From a virus: 64,000 nt of DNA. Numbering within the stretch: the stretch's first letter is position 1; each line of letters starts with the position of its first letter. The translations under genes and the position numbers were made by a program. Where the stretch lies: the IMG/VR virus record IMGVR_UViG_3300020392_000008, positions 41,023 through 105,022 of that record; one strand, given 5' to 3'. Under the pieces are notes generated by a model that was not told the origin of the DNA, ran no database searches, and worked only from the letters and a program-made list of their open reading frames with translations. Below are positions 1 to 10,553 of the stretch, piece by piece.

Positions 1-2433
1 GGATATATTGTTAGAAGAAAACCTGATCCAGGTAACGTAGTACCTCCTCCTGGAGTAAATCAGTTTACGGATTCTTTTTTAGTTTTTAATTTAGGATCAG
101 ATTTAAATTTCCCTAAAATAGTTTCTTGGTTAGGTACAAATAATACTTTTTCTCCAGGTTCTTCAAAAATGGATAAATTGAGAAGAGTTAAAACATTTGG
201 AAATTGGGCAATGTGTATAACAGACTCAGAATCAGTAAATGCTGACTCATATCTTTTAGCTGTTGATGTATCAAATCCAAAGGCTCCTATTTTTAATAAT
301 AGTAATAGTCATCATACTTTTTCAGGTAGACACATAGACTTTGATATAGATAATGAAGTAGCATATATTTTATCTATAGAAAACACAGGTGGTACTCAAG
401 AAAATTCAATTTTAACAAAAGTTGGTTTAACAGATCCATTTTATTTAAATACCGCGGTTTCGACGAGTTTAAATATGACATTAAATACGCCTATTCCTGC
501 TAATTTAAAAGATATTGGAGGAATAAAAGCTGTTGGTAAAAAAGTATATACTGTTCATGGTAATAGATTTTTTATATACAACAGTGGTGAAAGGTTAACA
601 ACCACTCCTATTCAACTAAGCAATACATATTTACCTCAGGATCATTATGGAACAGATGTAGATGTTGTTGGAAATTACGCTTACATATATGCAACTAATG
701 ATATTACAAAGAGTTCATGCATACTTATATACGATATAAGTGACATATACTCCCCAGTATTACTTGATCCAATAACGTATTTTGGAAGCGGATCTGGTAA
801 AAGTTTAGGAAGTAAATTCACAACTGTTGGAAATAGAATTTATACAGTTTCAGCTAGACATGATGATGGGCAAGGAAATTTAAGTCCTTCAGGAGTTAAT
901 TCAATTCATATAGGAGGAATTAGTTCTCCGTCTGCTAATTTAGCTAAAATAAGCGCTTCTGAAATAAATGTATCTAAAAAAATAAATATATCTAATGACC
1001 TAGATGTAGGAAATTCTATTTCAGTTGGTTCTGGAGGAATTAATGTAAATGGAGACGCAGGTATTTCAACAAGCACTATTATAGCCAAGCCTCAGCTATT
1101 GAGAAAAAATCAATCATTACCGCTAGCTCTAGGCTCTAAATCTTGGATGCACAAACTTAACCCAGGTAATCTTGCATATGCAACAGCAATATGGGGTAAT
1201 CAGATTTTATTAGAAGATATTGATGTAAGTTCTATTACTTTTAACGCATTTGATCTTCCAAAGGTAGCTGGTTTAGTTATTAACATAAATAATGTAAATA
1301 CATATAATTACCCTGGATCAAGTTCACTAGGCTCTTTTGTATATGGAATAAGACAGGACCAGGATTCTCAAACAACTTCTAATGGAACGACTGTAATAAA
1401 CGATTTTAGTGGAGCTATAAGAAACTTAGATGATAATACTCAAGAAAACGGAATATACTTCTTTGGAACAGATAATAATTGTGCTTCAACATATGATGCA
1501 AACATTAAAAATATACCTGCCGTAAATAACACCCCCGATCAATATTTAGGTCAATGGGGTATTGAATACGTAGGCAGCCAAAGTGACACAGACCCTAATG
1601 TAAATGGACTTAATTTTTGGAAACCTAGTCCTTCTCACAATCCTGGTAACTTTAAATTATTCTTAACAGATGGCGGAAGAATTGGAATTAATACTGGCAC
1701 GCCTCAATACACATTAGATGTAAATGGAGATATAAATGCCAATGGAGGTATAACTGCTACTGGACCATCTACTATTAATAATTTCTCTAGCAACGGTGTT
1801 GATATTACCGGCGGTAGCATAACAGGACAAACAAGCTGGGATTCATCAGGATCGTTTAATCAACAAGGTACTGCGACAATCGCAACAGTAGGAGGCTTTT
1901 TAGGAGTAGGGACTGCTCAGAGTAATTATAGCACGACTGGAACAAGTGGTAGTAACAACCAACATCATGTGGCAATATACACATGGACTAATTCAAACCA
2001 AAGCGGTGATCTTAAATATTATAACAGAGTAGTAAACACGTCTAATGTATTTCATAAACTAGCCGTAAATGGTTACATATACGGAAAAGGTATACATTGT
2101 GCTTCTGATAAAAGAGATAAAGATCATATAACATATGTCGACTCTAAAGAAGCATTATCTGTTATAGAAAAATTAAATCCAGTGTTTTATAAAAGAAAAA
2201 GCAATGGATTATTAGAAACAGGTTTTTATGCACAAGACGTAAAAGAAATTTTACCTGAAGCAGTTTTATCATCTGATAATGAAGAAGAAAATTTAATATT
2301 AAGTTATAACCAAATAACAACATGTAACACTTCAGCTATTCAGGAATTAAATAATATTATAAAAGAAAAAGATAAGAAAATAAACGATTTAGAATCAAGA
2401 TTGGCAGCAATCGAAGAAAAAATAGGATTATAA
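1..2433 (+). CDS. Tail fibre/spike with C-terminal intramolecular chaperone (peptidase S74-like), 5'-truncated
   Basis: Frame 1 is open from base 1, so the gene starts upstream of the window. N-terminal LVIVD/propeller-like repeats, GRIGINTGTPQYTLDVNG fibre motif, SDKRDK...GFYAQDV..ILPEAV chaperone motif, terminal coiled coil. Confidence 0.85.
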   Translation, partial: GYIVRRKPDPGNVVPPPGVNQFTDSFLVFNLGSDLNFPKIVSWLGTNNTFSPGSSKMDKLRRVKTFGNWAMCITDSESVNADSYLLAVDVSNPKAPIFNNSNSHHTFSGRHIDFDIDNEVAYILSIENTGGTQENSILTKVGLTDPFYLNTAVSTSLNMTLNTPIPANLKDIGGIKAVGKKVYTVHGNRFFIYNSGERLTTTPIQLSNTYLPQDHYGTDVDVVGNYAYIYATNDITKSSCILIYDISDIYSPVLLDPITYFGSGSGKSLGSKFTTVGNRIYTVSARHDDGQGNLSPSGVNSIHIGGISSPSANLAKISASEINVSKKINISNDLDVGNSISVGSGGINVNGDAGISTSTIIAKPQLLRKNQSLPLALGSKSWMHKLNPGNLAYATAIWGNQILLEDIDVSSITFNAFDLPKVAGLVININNVNTYNYPGSSSLGSFVYGIRQDQDSQTTSNGTTVINDFSGAIRNLDDNTQENGIYFFGTDNNCASTYDANIKNIPAVNNTPDQYLGQWGIEYVGSQSDTDPNVNGLNFWKPSPSHNPGNFKLFLTDGGRIGINTGTPQYTLDVNGDINANGGITATGPSTINNFSSNGVDITGGSITGQTSWDSSGSFNQQGTATIATVGGFLGVGTAQSNYSTTGTSGSNNQHHVAIYTWTNSNQSGDLKYYNRVVNTSNVFHKLAVNGYIYGKGIHCASDKRDKDHITYVDSKEALSVIEKLNPVFYKRKSNGLLETGFYAQDVKEILPEAVLSSDNEEENLILSYNQITTCNTSAIQELNNIIKEKDKKINDLESRLAAIEEKIGL

Positions 2434-2434
2434 A

Positions 2435-3073
2435 ATGGCATTAATAATAACATCAGAAATACCAACCAGTGCTGGAGTAACAAACCAAGCATTTTTAATA
2501 ATAGAAAAAACTAGTTACGCAATTGATCAACTTGCTCTTAGATATGGTACTGACACTTTATCTGTTAGTACTAGGTTATACTTAAATAAAGAATCTTGGG
2601 AGTCAGATCCTACATCTTCATGTGTATCCAATAGTGTACTTGAATCATTTTCATTTCAAGGAGGTGCTAGTCCAGATATACTATTCCCCCTTAAAGATAG
2701 TATTCCCCTTTTAGAAGCTTGTTATGATTTAGTTAAGCAAGAACTTGAAGCAATAGGGTTAAACGTTGAATATGGAGATGATACTGACGCTAGAATATCA
2801 GAAAAAATGCGAGACTGGAGAGAGGGAAATAAAAAAGATATAGCTAACGCTAAACAACGTGAGACTGATAGATTAGTAGCATTAAACGAAGCGGCAGAAA
2901 GAGAAGCTCGTGAATCTTTAGAAGCCGCTCAAGCTAAAAAAGATGCTGAAGCTGAACAAGCTGCAATCGACGCCGAAGTTGCTAAAAAAGCAGAAGCCGA
3001 AGCTGAAAAAGAAAAAGCTGAAGCTGAACAAGCTAAAAAAAATAAAGAAGATTCTAACGAAGGTTACGCCTAA
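2435..3073 (+). CDS. Hypothetical protein, possible fibre-associated chaperone with Ala/Glu/Lys coiled-coil tail
   Basis: Directly downstream of the fibre gene; AEAE/KKAE low-complexity C-terminus. Confidence 0.6.
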   Translation: MALIITSEIPTSAGVTNQAFLIIEKTSYAIDQLALRYGTDTLSVSTRLYLNKESWESDPTSSCVSNSVLESFSFQGGASPDILFPLKDSIPLLEACYDLVKQELEAIGLNVEYGDDTDARISEKMRDWREGNKKDIANAKQRETDRLVALNEAAEREARESLEAAQAKKDAEAEQAAIDAEVAKKAEAEAEKEKAEAEQAKKNKEDSNEGYA

Positions 3074-3939
3074 AGAAAGTCTTCTGATAGTTTAAAAGGT
3101 AATATATTTTCGTCTATTAAAATATCAAGCGCGTTCTCTAAAAGATTTGGGTCAAATCTATTGTCATTAGCCATTAATTTATTAAGAAGAATAGTGTTTT
3201 TTATAGAATCAGCCACTATATCTAAATCTAATTCCTTTTCTTTACAAATACAAAAAAGTAAATTTATATCAGGATCAAGTTTATTTAATTCCTTGTTATC
3301 TATTTTTTCTATTACGTCTTTAATAGGTGTTTCTTCGATATTATCTACTTTTAAAGTTTCTACTTTAAAAAATTTATAACCTTTTGTATATCGCTTATCC
3401 ATTTTTAATTTCCATATGTTATATGTTGAAGTTTCATTTATGTTTATAATAACATACACTTCATTTAAAAATTGAATTTCACTGTTTACATAATATATGT
3501 TAAAGTTTTTTATATTAAAAATTTCACATTGTTTTTCTAGGTAATCTATACATAGGTTTCTAAATACTTCGTTGGCCTTTTTAACTGTTTCGCCAGATTC
3601 ATTATCTGTTTTATAAAAAGAAGATAATTCATTAGATATCTCTATAATTCTATCGTTTCTCCAAGAAGATTTCATTTTAAAATTAAACATGTTTCCATCT
3701 AATACTAAATTATTTAGGTTTAAATAATGAAAAAGGATTTCATAAAAATACTCGTTATTTCCATTCTCTAATTCATTAGTGTATTTTTGTTCAGCAGCCT
3801 TTAATACATACGTAAAGTATTCAGAATCTATATAATCCTTTTTAGTTATCCACATTGGATCTAGTATGTGTTTAGACTTCAAAACCAACATATTTATTTT
3901 TATATATTCTACAACAAAACAGCCTATTGGTTCTATCAT
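3070..3939 (-). CDS. Hypothetical protein (true start may be an internal Met)
   Basis: 289-aa ORF filling the gap between genes. Confidence 0.7.
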   Translation of the reverse strand: MIEPIGCFVVEYIKINMLVLKSKHILDPMWITKKDYIDSEYFTYVLKAAEQKYTNELENGNNEYFYEILFHYLNLNNLVLDGNMFNFKMKSSWRNDRIIEISNELSSFYKTDNESGETVKKANEVFRNLCIDYLEKQCEIFNIKNFNIYYVNSEIQFLNEVYVIININETSTYNIWKLKMDKRYTKGYKFFKVETLKVDNIEETPIKDVIEKIDNKELNKLDPDINLLFCICKEKELDLDIVADSIKNTILLNKLMANDNRFDPNLLENALDILIDENILPFKLSEDFL

Positions 3940-4002
3940 AAATTGGGTATTAATTAATTAAATATATAAACATATAGAGCATAAACATAATACCTTGTAT
4001 AT

Positions 4003-6162
4003 ATGAACATTACCATAAAAATAATACCTGAAGCAGGTTCAAATAATTTAACATTTAGTAAAAATTTTAGAATATTTTCAATAGCAGAACCTATTAGGGG
4101 AATAACTGGAATAGTAGATATATTAGAGGACTTAGAAATATCTTCTTCAAGTGGCGTAGACATATCTAATTTAAAAAGATTTTTTAGATATTCATGCAAT
4201 AATATAGATTGGTCCCTATGGTATGGATTTACCCCAATTAGTATTGACCCAAACGGTCTTGATTCTATAAAAGATATAGAATTAGACCCAGAGCAATGTA
4301 TTCATATAGAGATAAAATACGAATATGACGATGGTACTTTTGAGGAACTAGACAGTGTAATACAAATAGATGAAATAAAAATAAGAGGTAAAAGAAATGA
4401 CCCAGGTTTACCAAATGTATTAACGCCTGAAATAGCATGTACTGATGAAAAATGTCCGGCTTTAATTTTTGAGAGAGAAGCAAGCTTTAGGCCATATCAA
4501 GTAGATAGTGCAATTGGAATATACAAGGAATTAAGTTTTCACACTAATAAAATATTTGGACACGAAGTTGTTTATTTTAGAACAGTTCCAGAGTCAGACA
4601 GTGGAGATTATATATTTAAGGAATGGACGCTTTACAAAAACGTAGATAGAAAATGTGTAAAAATACTTGTACCAGATAATAATTTTCCAGATAATAAACC
4701 CAAGTTTTCTGAGTTTGGAATAGACTTTGAAGTGCCCTTTGAAATACACATTGACCACAGATATTTTCAAACTATTTTTGGAAATGAATCAGAACCTAGA
4801 AAGAGAGACTTTCTTTATTTTCCATTAATCAATAGAATGTTTGAGATACAGGGTTCTTATTTACACAGAGGTTTTATGATGGAACCTAGTTATTGGAAAA
4901 TACAACTTTATAAGTTTAATCCAAATATAGACATGTTAATGAAAGATGAAAACCGTCAATACATGGATAATATTATAACAAGCGCTGAAGAATTGTTTGC
5001 AGAAGAAGTAAAAGAAGACATCGAGGACGCTACAATGCCTGAACAATATGAAACTATATCTAGAAAATACGATATCACTAGGGGCTCTATTCACCCTGAT
5101 CTTAAAATAAAAAATATAAAGTTTAATTTTAATTATGCCCCATTAATGGAAAACTATTACGATCTTAGTGGAATAGAAGCAACTTTAAATCTTTATGATT
5201 TAACCAGCGGATCCCCATTATTGTCTACGTCTCAAGAGGTAGTTACAGTACAGGGAACTGTTAATAATAAAAAACAATTTGAAGTTATTAGAGCATATCA
5301 AGAAAGTCCAATATTTAAAACCTGGCAAAATAACTCATTAATGACAAATGATAAAAATGTTTTAGGAATAGACGTTAAGTATTTAAGAGTAAGGGGACCA
5401 TTTGATACAATACCCGACCATATTGGTCAATCTGAATCTGGTAGATATTTACAGTTAGAAGCATATAAAGATTTAAGCTTTTCTACCCAAAGAAATATTA
5501 TGATAAATGACCCCGGAGGTGCACAACCTCAGGTAGGTTTAAAACTAAGAGAAACATCTATAGTATATAATAGATTGCCAGAGTTTGGCACAGAGGAAAT
5601 AGATAATTTATCCTATACAAGTATGTTTAATGTTCCATCAGATTCAGAAATAGTTAGTTTTATAAACGGATATGATAATGAATCACAATCAGGCTTATAT
5701 GTATATGCTCAATTTAATAAATACACTAATGATGAACCTGAAGGCGATTTGATTTTAAATATTAAAGTTAACGATATATTAAAAACTTACACACTGTCTG
5801 GTTTTGAATCAGGGAAATGGCATTCAACTGTTATATCTATATCTAATGAGTTTAATCAAATGGGAGTTTACGTATATAAAACAATTGAAGACCCTTCTGA
5901 TTTGTCTAATCATTCTGATTTTAGTAAAATATTTGAAAATATATCATCTATGCAAGATCAGTCTTTTAAATTAGATCAACCTTATACTATACCTACTTCT
6001 AATTTAAAAATATCTAACATTAGGTTATTCAAGACTATGATTAAAGAAGAACAACACGATTTTATATTAAGTCAACAATTTATTAAAGACGAATCTATGT
6101 TATTGTTAATAGATAATTGTAGACCTCAGGTCAAAGTACCTTTCATAACTAGAAATAGATAA
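4003..6162 (+). CDS. Neck protein (T4 gp14-like) with N- and C-terminal extensions; C-terminus LamG/ConA-like
   Basis: FGHEVVYFRT and EPRKRDFLYFPLINRMFEI resemble gp14 motifs; C-terminal GKWHSTVISI...ISNIRLF is LamG-like; upstream of the gp15-like gene. Confidence 0.65.
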   Translation: MNITIKIIPEAGSNNLTFSKNFRIFSIAEPIRGITGIVDILEDLEISSSSGVDISNLKRFFRYSCNNIDWSLWYGFTPISIDPNGLDSIKDIELDPEQCIHIEIKYEYDDGTFEELDSVIQIDEIKIRGKRNDPGLPNVLTPEIACTDEKCPALIFEREASFRPYQVDSAIGIYKELSFHTNKIFGHEVVYFRTVPESDSGDYIFKEWTLYKNVDRKCVKILVPDNNFPDNKPKFSEFGIDFEVPFEIHIDHRYFQTIFGNESEPRKRDFLYFPLINRMFEIQGSYLHRGFMMEPSYWKIQLYKFNPNIDMLMKDENRQYMDNIITSAEELFAEEVKEDIEDATMPEQYETISRKYDITRGSIHPDLKIKNIKFNFNYAPLMENYYDLSGIEATLNLYDLTSGSPLLSTSQEVVTVQGTVNNKKQFEVIRAYQESPIFKTWQNNSLMTNDKNVLGIDVKYLRVRGPFDTIPDHIGQSESGRYLQLEAYKDLSFSTQRNIMINDPGGAQPQVGLKLRETSIVYNRLPEFGTEEIDNLSYTSMFNVPSDSEIVSFINGYDNESQSGLYVYAQFNKYTNDEPEGDLILNIKVNDILKTYTLSGFESGKWHSTVISISNEFNQMGVYVYKTIEDPSDLSNHSDFSKIFENISSMQDQSFKLDQPYTIPTSNLKISNIRLFKTMIKEEQHDFILSQQFIKDESMLLLIDNCRPQVKVPFITRNR

Positions 6163-6172
6163 ATAATAATAT

Positions 6173-6955
6173 ATGAATACAGATAATCAAAACGTAAGAA
6201 ACAATAACACACAGGATATATTCTTAAGAAATGCTGTGCTATCTTTATTAGATGTTTTAAATAGGGAAATTATAGTTGACCTTGTTAGAGATGGAAAAAT
6301 AGAAAAACATGAAATACCTTTTTTCTATAATATGGCAGCCGATGAAGGTTTTATGAAAGATTTTTTTATACAAGTACCAGATGGTTGTAAAGTTCCAGTA
6401 GTAGCTGAAGGAAATTACGATATTGTCCCTAGAGGAATCATAACACTTAATTCTTTTCAAATAAAATCTAGTGACATTACTAATAAATTTGTAAGAGGTA
6501 GTTTTAATCAACAGGTTTTAGATGACAATGAGCAAAAGGTAAATAAAGCCTTTTCAGCACGTTTATATAGCCTACCTATGTCACTTAAATTTTCTGCAAA
6601 AATATTATGTGATAATCTAAATAAAACGTTTAAAATAATTGAAAGATTGATTGATCTTTTTTATAAAAACAGGGTTGTTTATTTTCAATATAAAGGTGTT
6701 AGAATACCTGGACAGTTTACTTTTCCAGAAACAGAGGCATTTGAAAAAAAATACGATTTTGATTACACAACCGATCAGCGAGTAAATATATCCTTTGATA
6801 TAGAAATGGAAACTTACTTCCCAAGCTTTAATGAAGATAGTGTATTCTACAAAGGAAATACTATAAGACAAATTAATATGAACACTAAGTTGGAAGATAC
6901 TGGAGTAAACATAGATAGTTCTTTTATAGATGAAGATCATCCACCTAGCGAGTAA
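6173..6955 (+). CDS. Tail sheath stabiliser/terminator (T4 gp15-like)
   Basis: EIPFFY, VPRGIITL, PMSLKFSAKIL...IIERL pattern; follows the gp14-like gene; GATAAATA upstream. Confidence 0.65.
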   Translation: MNTDNQNVRNNNTQDIFLRNAVLSLLDVLNREIIVDLVRDGKIEKHEIPFFYNMAADEGFMKDFFIQVPDGCKVPVVAEGNYDIVPRGIITLNSFQIKSSDITNKFVRGSFNQQVLDDNEQKVNKAFSARLYSLPMSLKFSAKILCDNLNKTFKIIERLIDLFYKNRVVYFQYKGVRIPGQFTFPETEAFEKKYDFDYTTDQRVNISFDIEMETYFPSFNEDSVFYKGNTIRQINMNTKLEDTGVNIDSSFIDEDHPPSE

Positions 6956-6957
6956 AC

Positions 6958-8118
6958 ATGGAGATAAGAAAAAAATACAATATAGAACTTCCAAAAGACA
7001 TTCTAATGATACGAGATGTATTTAAAAAGAATGGCTATAAATTATATTTAGTAGGAGGCGCCGTTAGAGACGCGGTATCTGGGATCACTCCTAAAGATTA
7101 CGATTTAGCAACAGACGCGTTACCAGATGAGGTAGATAAAATGCTTTCTCCAATTTATAAAATGTTACCTATAGGAGAAAAATTTGGCATATGGCTTGCC
7201 ATAACACCTAGTGGTGAATTTGAAATTGCTACTTTTAGAAAAGACGTAGGTACTGGCCGTAGACCAGATTCGGTTGAGTTTACAACTATAGACCAAGATG
7301 TTCTTAGAAGAGACTTAACAATAAATGCGTTATTCTATGATATTGAAAAACAAGAAATAGTTGATTTAGTTGGAGGAATAGAAGATCTTAAAAATGGGGT
7401 AGTCAAATCCGTTGGCAATCCGGCTGATCGATTCGAAGACGATAAATTAAGAAAACTCAGAGCAATTCGTTTTGCCGGAGTAACAGGGTCTGAATTAGAC
7501 AGAGAAATCCACCAATATTTATTAAAGGACCCTGGGCTTGAAGAAATCTCAGCGGAAAGAATAAGGGATGAGTTTTTAAAAGGTATAGCTAAATCATCTT
7601 CAGTTGTTTATTTTATGAACCTTTTAGATAAGTATAATTTTTTTAATTCAATATTTCCTAATTTAAATATAAATGCAAAATACGTAGAAGAAAAAGATTA
7701 CATAATAAACCTAGCAACTCTTCTTAAAGAAAACGATTCAATTGAACTTAAAGATGTTTTAAATAAAGTAACTTATTCTAATGAAGAAATTAAAAACATA
7801 TTATTTCTAAAATCTCTTGTTCACTTAAATGAAGAAAATGCACTTAACATTAAAAAGTCTCAATACAATACTTCTGTTACAGATGAGCAAATATTAAAAT
7901 TTGCTAAATTAAATGAACTAGATGAAAAATTAATACGTACTTTTATTCAATATATACCTAGTATAAGTGGAAAAGACGTAATGGATAAGATGAATATTAA
8001 AGGTGGACCTGAAGTTGGCGAATATATAAAAAAAATGGAAGCTGATATATTTAAAGACTTGATGTCAAATGAATCTTACCGTTTTAAATACATAAAAGAA
8101 TTTATAAGTTATGAATAA
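6958..8118 (+). CDS. cca: CCA-adding tRNA nucleotidyltransferase (class II, no HD domain)
   Basis: LYLVGGAVRD, DYDLAT, EIATFR, RRDLTINAL, RFEDDKLRKLRAIRF and ISAERI motifs. Confidence 0.92.
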   Translation: MEIRKKYNIELPKDILMIRDVFKKNGYKLYLVGGAVRDAVSGITPKDYDLATDALPDEVDKMLSPIYKMLPIGEKFGIWLAITPSGEFEIATFRKDVGTGRRPDSVEFTTIDQDVLRRDLTINALFYDIEKQEIVDLVGGIEDLKNGVVKSVGNPADRFEDDKLRKLRAIRFAGVTGSELDREIHQYLLKDPGLEEISAERIRDEFLKGIAKSSSVVYFMNLLDKYNFFNSIFPNLNINAKYVEEKDYIINLATLLKENDSIELKDVLNKVTYSNEEIKNILFLKSLVHLNEENALNIKKSQYNTSVTDEQILKFAKLNELDEKLIRTFIQYIPSISGKDVMDKMNIKGGPEVGEYIKKMEADIFKDLMSNESYRFKYIKEFISYE

Positions 8119-8560
8119 AAAGCACATAAAATTGTACGAAAACTTTGATTTAAACGATGATAGTTATACAGAAATAATTGACAAAAACGTATATCAAAGA
8201 GTAAGTGTATATAATTCTCCAGAAGAAACCAGTCAATGGGGAGACTCTATAGACAGTGATTCCGAAATAGAGCTAAACAGAGTTGTTGTTAAATTTAATT
8301 TAGACATAAATTATAAACGCAGTGGAATAGAAGACATTACATTTAGATTAATTTCTATCGCATTAGACGGATCAATAATAGACTATGATGGTAATGAAAT
8401 AGAAAACTTTGATATAGTAGATGATGACATATCTTATGAAAAATATGAAACACAAATGGGAACGTTTCCACTATATTTAGGAGATATAGAAATAAACATG
8501 AACAAAACATTTGATACTAGCAAATGGAAATACGAAATAGCAATTGGTAACTTTAGATAA
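8111..8560 (+). CDS. Hypothetical acidic protein with N-terminal KHIKLYENF tag
   Basis: 149-aa ORF overlapping the cca stop codon. Confidence 0.75.
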   Translation: MNKKHIKLYENFDLNDDSYTEIIDKNVYQRVSVYNSPEETSQWGDSIDSDSEIELNRVVVKFNLDINYKRSGIEDITFRLISIALDGSIIDYDGNEIENFDIVDDDISYEKYETQMGTFPLYLGDIEINMNKTFDTSKWKYEIAIGNFR

Positions 8561-8562
8561 TT

Positions 8563-9111
8563 ATGATTTTAAATGTAAGAAATAATAGCTTTGTATTTTT
8601 ATTCCCTGAGAATTTTTTTACAAATTCAATTAAAGAAAAATATAAAGATTACTATCAAAGTTTAATACTTCCATATGATACTATTGATGATTTTATGTCA
8701 TCCACTGTTCAGCAGATAGATTTTCCATCTTGGAATATGCCAACGGCCGAACAAACTAGGCCCTTAGGTAAAAGACAAGACTATAAAAGTTCAAAACCAC
8801 TAAAGGAATTATTTAACAGGGAAATTACTATAACTATGAAAATATCTGACGCTTATCTTAATTATTTTATTTTCTTAGAAAATTCATTAGAATTTTTAGA
8901 TTTTTCAAATAAAAAACAAACACTTTCCCCTATAAGATTAATGATGTTGAATAATGAAGGATATTCAGTGTCTTCTATTATATTTAATAATCCAATATTA
9001 ACATCACAATCGGGCATTAAATTATCTTATAGTTCAGTAACACCTCAATTTAATACTTTTGACATAAAGTTTAAATACTTTGATTTTGATTTAAAAGTTG
9101 ATTTTAACTAA
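8563..9111 (+). CDS. Tail-tube-fold protein (T4 gp3/gp19-like)
   Basis: VQQIDFPSW, ITITMKISDAYLNY and terminal FDIKFKY pattern typical of tube-fold proteins. Confidence 0.5.
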   Translation: MILNVRNNSFVFLFPENFFTNSIKEKYKDYYQSLILPYDTIDDFMSSTVQQIDFPSWNMPTAEQTRPLGKRQDYKSSKPLKELFNREITITMKISDAYLNYFIFLENSLEFLDFSNKKQTLSPIRLMMLNNEGYSVSSIIFNNPILTSQSGIKLSYSSVTPQFNTFDIKFKYFDFDLKVDFN

Positions 9112-9589
9112 TTTCAATTCTTTCTTTTTGAATACTATATAATTTATTAAGGGTTAATAAATGAAACATGCATATTGCTAATATTCCAACTATTTCGGCT
9201 ACTAATAAACTAAATGGTAAAAATAAAAGCCCAGAAAAATATACCCATTTACAAAATTTATAATTATTTGAAACATATAATGGGTAAATGCAACACCCAA
9301 AAAATATTATTGCAAAAATATTATGTAAATCGGGATACATACTTACTGAAAAAGAAGTTACTAATAATAAGCAACACGCCGAAGCTCTCCATTTAGGTAT
9401 ACCTACTAAGTAATATGCTGTTAAAGAATTAGCTATAATAAAAATAGGTTGGGCCTCGGTGTTCCAATATTGAGATATCGATTTTTCATAACCCGAAAAT
9501 AATAAGCAAATAAATGGAGAAAAAGCAGCGAAGAGAACTACGCAAACTCTTAACAAGTAGTCAAACCTGGTTATATTTCCACTAATCAT
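9104..9589 (-). CDS. Multi-pass membrane protein
   Basis: Several hydrophobic segments; SISQYW and LHNIFA motifs. Confidence 0.75.
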   Translation of the reverse strand: MISGNITRFDYLLRVCVVLFAAFSPFICLLFSGYEKSISQYWNTEAQPIFIIANSLTAYYLVGIPKWRASACCLLLVTSFSVSMYPDLHNIFAIIFFGCCIYPLYVSNNYKFCKWVYFSGLLFLPFSLLVAEIVGILAICMFHLLTLNKLYSIQKERIEIS

Positions 9590-9672
9590 TTCCTGTTTTC
9601 ATAATATAAATTTTAGATTATAGAGAAGATCTATAATTTTATTTATCTTATGCACAAGAAACTTTTATTATG

Positions 9673-9924
9673 TTAAAGGTTACCTAGTCCTTTAAATGAC
9701 GTTTCTCTCAAAACAACCTTAAGTAATCCAGATTTTTCAGCTTCTGTTTCAATTATAGGGTATTCATCCGAAGCAGCATCGTTTATCATGCTTATCGCGT
9801 CGGTTAAATTTTCACTAACAGGTTCGTTGATTTGTATTGCAATTCCTAACTTTCCAGTGTCTATGACATGTTTAATTATTGTTCCAACCGTTTCTAATTT
9901 TGTTTCTAATTTTTCCCAATCCAT
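9673..9924 (-). CDS. Hypothetical protein
   Basis: 83-aa ORF co-oriented with and abutting the upstream gene. Confidence 0.65.
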   Translation of the reverse strand: MDWEKLETKLETVGTIIKHVIDTGKLGIAIQINEPVSENLTDAISMINDAASDEYPIIETEAEKSGLLKVVLRETSFKGLGNL

Positions 9925-9926
9925 TT

Positions 9927-10553
9927 TTAAGTATAAAATAATTTTACGTTTGCTAAATTGTTTGTTTGTCTTTTTGTAAATCCAGTTGATCCGCTAGGAT
10001 AAGAATTATCTCTATACCCTTGAATCATTACATTATTTGAAGTACTTCCGACGTTGCTGTATCTTATAGATGGGTACCCATAATCATAATCTCCCCAGCG
10101 GTTTTCCCATTTAATTATAAGATTATAAGAATTATTATAATTAAAATTAGTATCAAATGGATATTCTCTCCAGCCATCGTTTCCGCTAAAATTAACACTG
10201 AAATTACTTTTAACGGTTGTTACGTTAAAAGGCGATGCTGAACTAAGCGATTCATTATTTGAAGAAAAACTAGAAGAATTAGTATGCGCAAGTATAAGTG
10301 TCTGATTAGTAATAGACGGTGTAACTGGTGGATATGGATCATCGTCTAGTTTATAATAAAACGCTAATTTATTAAAAGTGTAATTTCCACCTATGCTAGC
10401 CGCTGGTATAATCATACCTAAATAACCATATTCATACAAATAATATGCAGGCTGATATACTGAAGTATTAGTCTCTGAACCTATGGTAATATCACCTGGC
10501 ACGGTAGGATTTGTCCTAGATCCCTGGTTTAAAAATTGAGGCATATGTATCAT
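9927..10553 (-). CDS. Putative fibre-associated beta-sandwich protein
   Basis: Coupled to the fibre gene by an ATGA overlap; GWREYPFDTNFNYNNSYNLII motif. Confidence 0.65.
   Translation of the reverse strand: MIHMPQFLNQGSRTNPTVPGDITIGSETNTSVYQPAYYLYEYGYLGMIIPAASIGGNYTFNKLAFYYKLDDDPYPPVTPSITNQTLILAHTNSSSFSSNNESLSSASPFNVTTVKSNFSVNFSGNDGWREYPFDTNFNYNNSYNLIIKWENRWGDYDYGYPSIRYSNVGSTSNNVMIQGYRDNSYPSGSTGFTKRQTNNLANVKLFYT

Noticed and set aside
2870-3050. TolA-like call for the KAEAE repeat
   Set aside because: Only low-complexity similarity; there is no N-terminal TM anchor or TolA C-terminal domain.
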